This document shows, piece by piece, positions 56,271-60,930 of a stretch of DNA of 60,930 nucleotides. Location of the stretch: contig DYGB01000004.1 of NCBI GenBank assembly GCA_020724905.1, positions 1-60,930 on the forward strand. The letters run 5' to 3'. Positions within the stretch are counted from its first letter, which is position 1. The number at the start of each line of letters is the position of its first letter. Under the pieces are notes generated by a model. That model worked only from the letters and a program-made list of their open reading frames with translations, made no database searches and was not told the DNA's origin. This DNA comes from Candidatus Paceibacter sp. (GTDB taxonomy: Bacteria > Patescibacteriota > Minisyncoccia > UBA6257 > JAGOQP01). The translations under genes and the position numbers were made by a program.

Positions 56271-57588
56271 TACTGCTGAGCAATCAGTTCTTGGAGCACT
56301 TATGATTGATAGGATGGCAGTAACAAAAGTTGCTGACATTCTTTCTGCTCAAGATTTTTATAGTAGCTCACATCAAAAAATCTACGATGCTATCATTGCA
56401 CTTTTTACCAAGAGTGAACCAATTGATATTGTGAGCGTTACCTCAAAACTCACCTCTCGAAATGAACTTGCTGATACTGGAGGATCAAGTTACCTTACCG
56501 AACTTGTTGATGCAGTTCCTTCTGCTGCGCACATCGAACACTATGCAAAACTCATTAAAGAGAAGCGTATCCTCCGAGACCTCATTAGCATCTCTGCTGA
56601 TATTCAAGATATTGCATTTGATCCAGGGGAAGAGACCGAGGGTATTCTTGATACAATAGAAAAGCGTATTTTTGCACTTGCACAGAAATCTCATAATAAA
56701 CGATTTAGTGCTGTTCGAGATGAATTGCATAGCGCCTATGAACGTATTGAACGACTTCATGAAGGCGATGGAACTGCACTCCGTGGAGTAACAAGTGGTT
56801 TTTCTGGAATTGATAACTATCTTTCAGGGTTTCAAAAATCTGACCTCATCATCCTTGGAGCTCGTCCTTCACTTGGAAAGACAACGCTTGCTCTTGATTT
56901 CTGTCGACACGCAGCACAAAAAGGAAATGTTCCTGTTGGCATCTTTTCACTCGAAATGTCTAAGGAACAGATTATTGACCGTCTTATCGCTTCAGAAGCT
57001 GGTGTACCACTCTGGAAACTCCGTACTGGACGTCTTAACAGTGATATGGACTTTGAGCTTATCCAGGGAGCTCTTGATAGGTTATCAAAGACACATATGT
57101 ATATTGATGATACCCCTGCTCTTAATGTAATGCAGATACGTTCTATTGCTCGACGATTACAAGCAGAACATGGCCTTGGAGTTTTGGTTATCGACTATGT
57201 ACAGCTCATCCACCCTATTGGACGATCTGATAATATGGTACAGCAATTCACTGAAATATCTCATGGACTCAAAGCACTTGCTCGAGAACTTGATATTCCT
57301 GTTCTTGCTCTTTCTCAGTTGAACCGTTCTGTTGACCAAAGAGAATCACATATTCCAAAACTTTCTGACCTTCGAGAAACGGGATCATGGGAACAAGATG
57401 CTGACGTGGTTATGCTTATTTACAGAAAAGATCGATCTCGTATGGAGCCTTCTTTAGAAGAAGAGAATACTGCCTCTATTATTATTGCAAAACACCGAAA
57501 TGGACCTATTGGAACTGTTGACCTTAAGTTTGACCCAGAATATGTCACCTTCAAAGAAATCGATACCCGTCACGAATCACTTGAATAA
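56230..57588 (+). CDS. dnaB: replicative DNA helicase DnaB
   Basis: N-terminal PPHDN.AEQSVLGA, Walker A GARPSLGKT, and RecA-like C-domain motifs. No intein. Confidence 0.96.
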   Translation: MANTQTTKIPPHDNTAEQSVLGALMIDRMAVTKVADILSAQDFYSSSHQKIYDAIIALFTKSEPIDIVSVTSKLTSRNELADTGGSSYLTELVDAVPSAAHIEHYAKLIKEKRILRDLISISADIQDIAFDPGEETEGILDTIEKRIFALAQKSHNKRFSAVRDELHSAYERIERLHEGDGTALRGVTSGFSGIDNYLSGFQKSDLIILGARPSLGKTTLALDFCRHAAQKGNVPVGIFSLEMSKEQIIDRLIASEAGVPLWKLRTGRLNSDMDFELIQGALDRLSKTHMYIDDTPALNVMQIRSIARRLQAEHGLGVLVIDYVQLIHPIGRSDNMVQQFTEISHGLKALARELDIPVLALSQLNRSVDQRESHIPKLSDLRETGSWEQDADVVMLIYRKDRSRMEPSLEEENTASIIIAKHRNGPIGTVDLKFDPEYVTFKEIDTRHESLE

Positions 57589-57591
57589 TCT

Positions 57592-58197
57592 ATGAATCTT
57601 CCAAAACCAATACAAGAGTTTATCGATGCATTCTCTGAACTTCCTTCTGTAGGGCCTCGACAAGCAACACGTCTCGCCTTTCGCCTTATCCGACAAGGAC
57701 CCTCAACAATTAATAGACTTGCAAAGAGTGCTGCTCTTTTGGGGAAAATTAAAGTCTGTTCTCGCTGTTTTTTTATTCATGATCAGGAAGGACCTCTCTG
57801 TGACATCTGTACACATACAAAAAGAGAGCATGATATATTTCTCATTGTAGAAAAAGAGACAGACCTTATGAGCATTGAGAGAAGTAGTGCCTATCAGGGA
57901 CGATATCTTGTTATTGGAGAAGCCCCAAAATCAGGAGTCCTTGAACCATGGCAGGTCATGAGACTTTCTGTATTGAAAAAAACTATTCAGGATACACTTC
58001 CTTCTCAAAAGGCACGTGAAATTATCATTGGAACAAATCCTTCAACATATAGTGATGCAATGGGAACGCGGATAAAACAAGAACTACAGAGTCACACTGA
58101 GAAGATAACATTTTTAGGACGTGGTATCCCTACTGGTGGAGAAATAGAATTCAGCGACGAAGAAACACTCTCTCACGCACTTCATAGAAGACAATAA
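57592..58197 (+). CDS. recR: recombination protein RecR
   Basis: HhH N-terminus (LPSVGPRQATRLAF), C4 zinc finger (CSRC...CDIC) and a Toprim region. Confidence 0.93.
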   Translation: MNLPKPIQEFIDAFSELPSVGPRQATRLAFRLIRQGPSTINRLAKSAALLGKIKVCSRCFFIHDQEGPLCDICTHTKREHDIFLIVEKETDLMSIERSSAYQGRYLVIGEAPKSGVLEPWQVMRLSVLKKTIQDTLPSQKAREIIIGTNPSTYSDAMGTRIKQELQSHTEKITFLGRGIPTGGEIEFSDEETLSHALHRRQ

Positions 58198-58224
58198 AAA
58201 AATACCCCTTTAAGGGGTATTTTA
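58196..58224. terminator. bidirectional terminator between recR and rplU
   Basis: Stem ATACCCC/GGGGTAT flanked by an A-run (T7 on the minus strand) and TTTTA on the plus strand. Confidence 0.7.
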
Positions 58225-58536
58225 TACTGTTATAGATTCAATGGTAATAACACTCTTTGGTTGCCTGTGTCCTTTTGTTTTCTTGTAACGAGTCTTTGAA
58301 TGGTATTTAAATACAATTTTCTTACCTTCTCTCATCTGAGAAACAAGTGTTCCTGTTACCGTTGCACCTGATACATAGGGTGTTCCCACCATACACTTTC
58401 CTGCGTCGTCTTGAACAAGAAGTACCTGGTCGAACACAACCTTCTCCCCTTCTTGTTGTGGGAGTTTTTCTATTTCTACTTTTTCTTGTGGGGATACTTT
58501 ATATTGTTTCCCTCCTGTTTGAATGACTGCGAACAT
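58222..58536 (-). CDS. rplU: 50S ribosomal protein bL21
   Basis: MFAVIQTGGKQYKV... with K..GHRQ in the C-terminal part. Confidence 0.95.
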   Translation of the reverse strand: MFAVIQTGGKQYKVSPQEKVEIEKLPQQEGEKVVFDQVLLVQDDAGKCMVGTPYVSGATVTGTLVSQMREGKKIVFKYHSKTRYKKTKGHRQPKSVITIESITV

Positions 58537-58579
58537 ACCAGGCTATACTACTCTAAAAGCAAAAAAAAGTCAAAGGAAT

Positions 58580-58957
58580 TTAGGTGTTTAAAAAGAGTAT
58601 CTGTATCAAGAGAACAAGACCTACAATCTGTATCCACACAGAGGTAAAAAGAATGCTGTAGGTAAGAATGTGTTCCCTTCCATAGAGATTAAACGCAATA
58701 ACACTATTGATAATGAAGAACAATAATAAAAGCCCAAGTATAAAGAAAATATCAGCGTGTGTTCCTGTGTTAAGAATAATCCCATACTCTGTTGTTTTGA
58801 TGATAAGGGGATTTTCAAGGGTTATAATATACACCATACTGATTGCAACGTTCACCAACCATATAACTCCTCCAATAATAAGCGGGATATATGCATATAC
58901 ATCCTTTGTGAGCACTTCTATAATTGAACGTGTTAGAGCACGTATATATGTCATCAT
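58580..58957 (-). CDS. hypothetical 4-TM membrane protein
   Basis: Start trimmed to the ATG at 58957, just after the stop of the upstream reductase gene. Confidence 0.5.
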   Translation of the reverse strand: MMTYIRALTRSIIEVLTKDVYAYIPLIIGGVIWLVNVAISMVYIITLENPLIIKTTEYGIILNTGTHADIFFILGLLLLFFIINSVIAFNLYGREHILTYSILFTSVWIQIVGLVLLIQILFLNT

Positions 58958-58961
58958 ATGT

Positions 58962-59525
58962 TTATGTTTGTTCTCTTCCTTGTTGTAATACTGATCCCAT
59001 CCACGAAAGCTCATCAAGAAACTTCTCTATACTTTCATCTAATACTGTTGTGTCTTTTGTTGCCTTTTCCCCAACATACGTTTGTGCTTCTGATACGTAT
59101 ACATCGGTATGTATGGTAACGAGCCCTAACTCTCGAAGTACTGGGAGAAGTTGTTCAACAACACGTACTCCCCCAAATCTTCCTGATGATACCCCCACAA
59201 TTCCAGCTACCTTATGCATATACTCATCTAGGAAAAGATCAAGAATAGATTTAAGTGTTCCTGGGTATCCATGGTTATATTCTGGAGTAACGATAATGAT
59301 ACCATCACTGTTTTGTATTGCGTGCGCGTAGGAAGGAACAGTATTGTTTAACGCCTGTCCATAATCATCCTGAGGAAGCACTATATCTGAGGCAAGAAAA
59401 AGATCTGGGGTAATGTTAGTTCGTTTCTGTATTTTCTCATAGAGATACCTACCTACCTGTGAGGATATATTGTCTTTCCTATGTGTCCCTACAAGAATAG
59501 GGAGTGAAAGCTGTGTTTGTTTCAT
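58962..59525 (-). CDS. NAD(P)H-dependent FMN reductase-like flavoprotein
   Basis: Flavodoxin-like fold with L.ILVGT.R.....S......, TPEYNHGYPG and K...D motifs. Confidence 0.8.
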   Translation of the reverse strand: MKQTQLSLPILVGTHRKDNISSQVGRYLYEKIQKRTNITPDLFLASDIVLPQDDYGQALNNTVPSYAHAIQNSDGIIIVTPEYNHGYPGTLKSILDLFLDEYMHKVAGIVGVSSGRFGGVRVVEQLLPVLRELGLVTIHTDVYVSEAQTYVGEKATKDTTVLDESIEKFLDELSWMGSVLQQGREQT

Positions 59526-59532
59526 AGAATAG

Positions 59533-60261
59533 TTATTCACGAGGAATCTCTACACGAAATGTTCCTAGTGCATATGGCCCAAGTTGATAGGGAGCAAAAT
59601 AAAAAGTTACTGTTTGATCAGTAAAGGTAAATTGAGAGAAATTCTCTTCTACCGCTGCTGCTCCCTCATCAAGCCACAAACTGTCTTTAATAGCCTCATA
59701 CTCCCCTGCACCCCTTTCTACAAGTTGCTCTTTGACATTTTCCTTTACCACCTCTGATATCTCTTCAAGGGTAAGGAGAAGTATATCTGAGAGTGTTACA
59801 AACTCTTCTGTTTCTAGATTTGCATTCACTGTTTCAAATACACGAATACCATGAGCCCCTCCACTATATTCATCGATAACAAAAAGAGTACTGAAATAGG
59901 TTTCATTAAAACTATCTACCTCATATGACATTGAAAGCGTATAGAGAGGTCCCCTCTCTATCTCTTCATCAGCATAGGAAGGATCAGTATCAATACGAGC
60001 TTGTCTGTTTTCCTGCGCTATTTCTTTAAAACTATCAATATTTTGGGTAACTCTTTCCTTAATATGTGTATTTACCCACTCATACTCAGAAGGGAGTACT
60101 GGATATGACACATCAACAGAAATGTTATTTTCTTCTTCTGTAATTGTTTCTTGAGAAACATTAAATTCGTATGGTTCCTCAAAGCTAGTAATGAAGCTAT
60201 AGACAGCTATTGCTAATATAACCACAAGAATAACTATACCAATACGTGTTTTTTGTTTCAT
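59533..60261 (-). CDS. N-terminally anchored DUF3298/DUF4163-like protein
   Basis: EYSGGAHG motif and overall layout typical of that family. Start trimmed to the ATG at 60261. Confidence 0.65.
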   Translation of the reverse strand: MKQKTRIGIVILVVILAIAVYSFITSFEEPYEFNVSQETITEEENNISVDVSYPVLPSEYEWVNTHIKERVTQNIDSFKEIAQENRQARIDTDPSYADEEIERGPLYTLSMSYEVDSFNETYFSTLFVIDEYSGGAHGIRVFETVNANLETEEFVTLSDILLLTLEEISEVVKENVKEQLVERGAGEYEAIKDSLWLDEGAAAVEENFSQFTFTDQTVTFYFAPYQLGPYALGTFRVEIPRE

Positions 60262-60366
60262 AGATATATATCTACTTTTATATAGTATATCATAGACAGG
60301 AGTATAAATCAGACATATATCTGGAAGATAAAAAAAGACCCGCATGAATAAGCGAGTCTTGTACTT

Positions 60367-60792
60367 CTACCAAAGAGATGAAATCTCATGTACATTCCAA
60401 GGGTCTTTATATAAGTCTTCCATCTTGTATTTCTTTTGAGGAAGATCCTTCTCTTCAATCTTTTTACTAAGATCAAACATGTAAAATCCTTTACCCTTCG
60501 TGTCGGCATATCCATCATTATCTCTATCACGGAAGAAGATATATGATGAGCCTGAGTATTTTTGAAGTGGATATGGTGCTACAAGAACCTGAGATCCATC
60601 AAAAGCCTTAACGAAATATGGAGTAATAGCATCACTAGTCTCTGTCTCACTTTTAGCGACAGGCATGTTATTATATGGATCTGGCGCAGGACCATCACCA
60701 TCATCTGTATCTTTCGCAACCCATATGGCGACGAAGAAAATTAATACGACTAGAATTAAGAAAATGGTAAAATCTCTATCGGATTTTGACAT
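60367..60792 (-). CDS. N-terminally anchored secreted hypothetical protein (141 aa)
   Basis: Signal anchor. Promoter module lies upstream. Confidence 0.55.
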   Translation of the reverse strand: MSKSDRDFTIFLILVVLIFFVAIWVAKDTDDGDGPAPDPYNNMPVAKSETETSDAITPYFVKAFDGSQVLVAPYPLQKYSGSSYIFFRDRDNDGYADTKGKGFYMFDLSKKIEEKDLPQKKYKMEDLYKDPWNVHEISSLW

Positions 60793-60841
60793 GATACACC
60801 CCTCTTTTATTTATGGAATTATAAAATAGCTACGTATATCT

Positions 60842-60870
60842 ATTATACATTATTATTATCTATAAGTCAA
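60842..60870 (-). promoter_or_regulatory. sigma70-type promoter
   Basis: Minus strand reads TTGACT-17 nt-TATAAT. Confidence 0.65.
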
Positions 60871-60901
60871 TATTAGTGTTATGGTTCAATACCTTGGAAC
60901 C
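60865..60901 (-). repeat. promoter-plus-upstream module, subfamily 2 (partner at 43224-43259)
   Basis: agtcaatattagtgttatggttcaataccttggaacc. Shares gtcaatattagtg..t.tggtt with the 46.85, 48.05 and 49.5 kb copies. Confidence 0.6.
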
Positions 60902-60930
60902 ACTCTCTGATATATGATGCATCATATGGC

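Overview
AT-rich, gene-dense bacterial chromosomal segment. The gene content points to a streamlined Patescibacteria/CPR-like genome, though this is inference. It has many short, N-terminally anchored hypothetical proteins, trimmed versions of core enzymes, envelope glycosyltransferases and almost no biosynthesis. Recognisable core genes: htpX-lemA, groES-groEL, rmuC, uvrA, a short uvrC translationally coupled to uvrB, tgt, rsmI, nfo, pyk, rsmE, a family-4 UDG, dus, a CPA2 antiporter, uppP, a PMT-type glycosyltransferase, pyrD, a UvrD-type helicase fused to a Cas4-like nuclease, LOG, tspO, csp, a GT9 enzyme, dedA, an NRAMP transporter, grpE-dnaK-(membrane protein)-dnaJ, cysS, dnaB, recR and rplU. 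There are three tRNA genes. Main findings: (1) the tRNA-Asn(GUU) gene (49516-49832, minus) is split in its anticodon loop by a 245-nt ORF-less insert with the core sequence and pairings of an IC3-type group I intron. (2) Downstream of that tRNA lies a run of single-gene promoter/terminator cassettes (about 42.9-49.5 kb) encoding membrane, secreted or unknown proteins. At least two of their promoter modules carry decayed direct copies of the tRNA-Asn 3' end, which look like att-site scars, but no integrase is present in the window. (3) There are two orphan structured-RNA or micro-transcription units (47.18-47.34 kb and 54.63-54.79 kb). (4) Non-CIRCE palindromes sit at the groES and grpE promoters. 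(5) UvrC lacks its UVR and HhH domains. I saw no CRISPR array, transposase, integrase, rRNA or reverse transcriptase. All functional calls come from motif recognition by eye and no database search was run.
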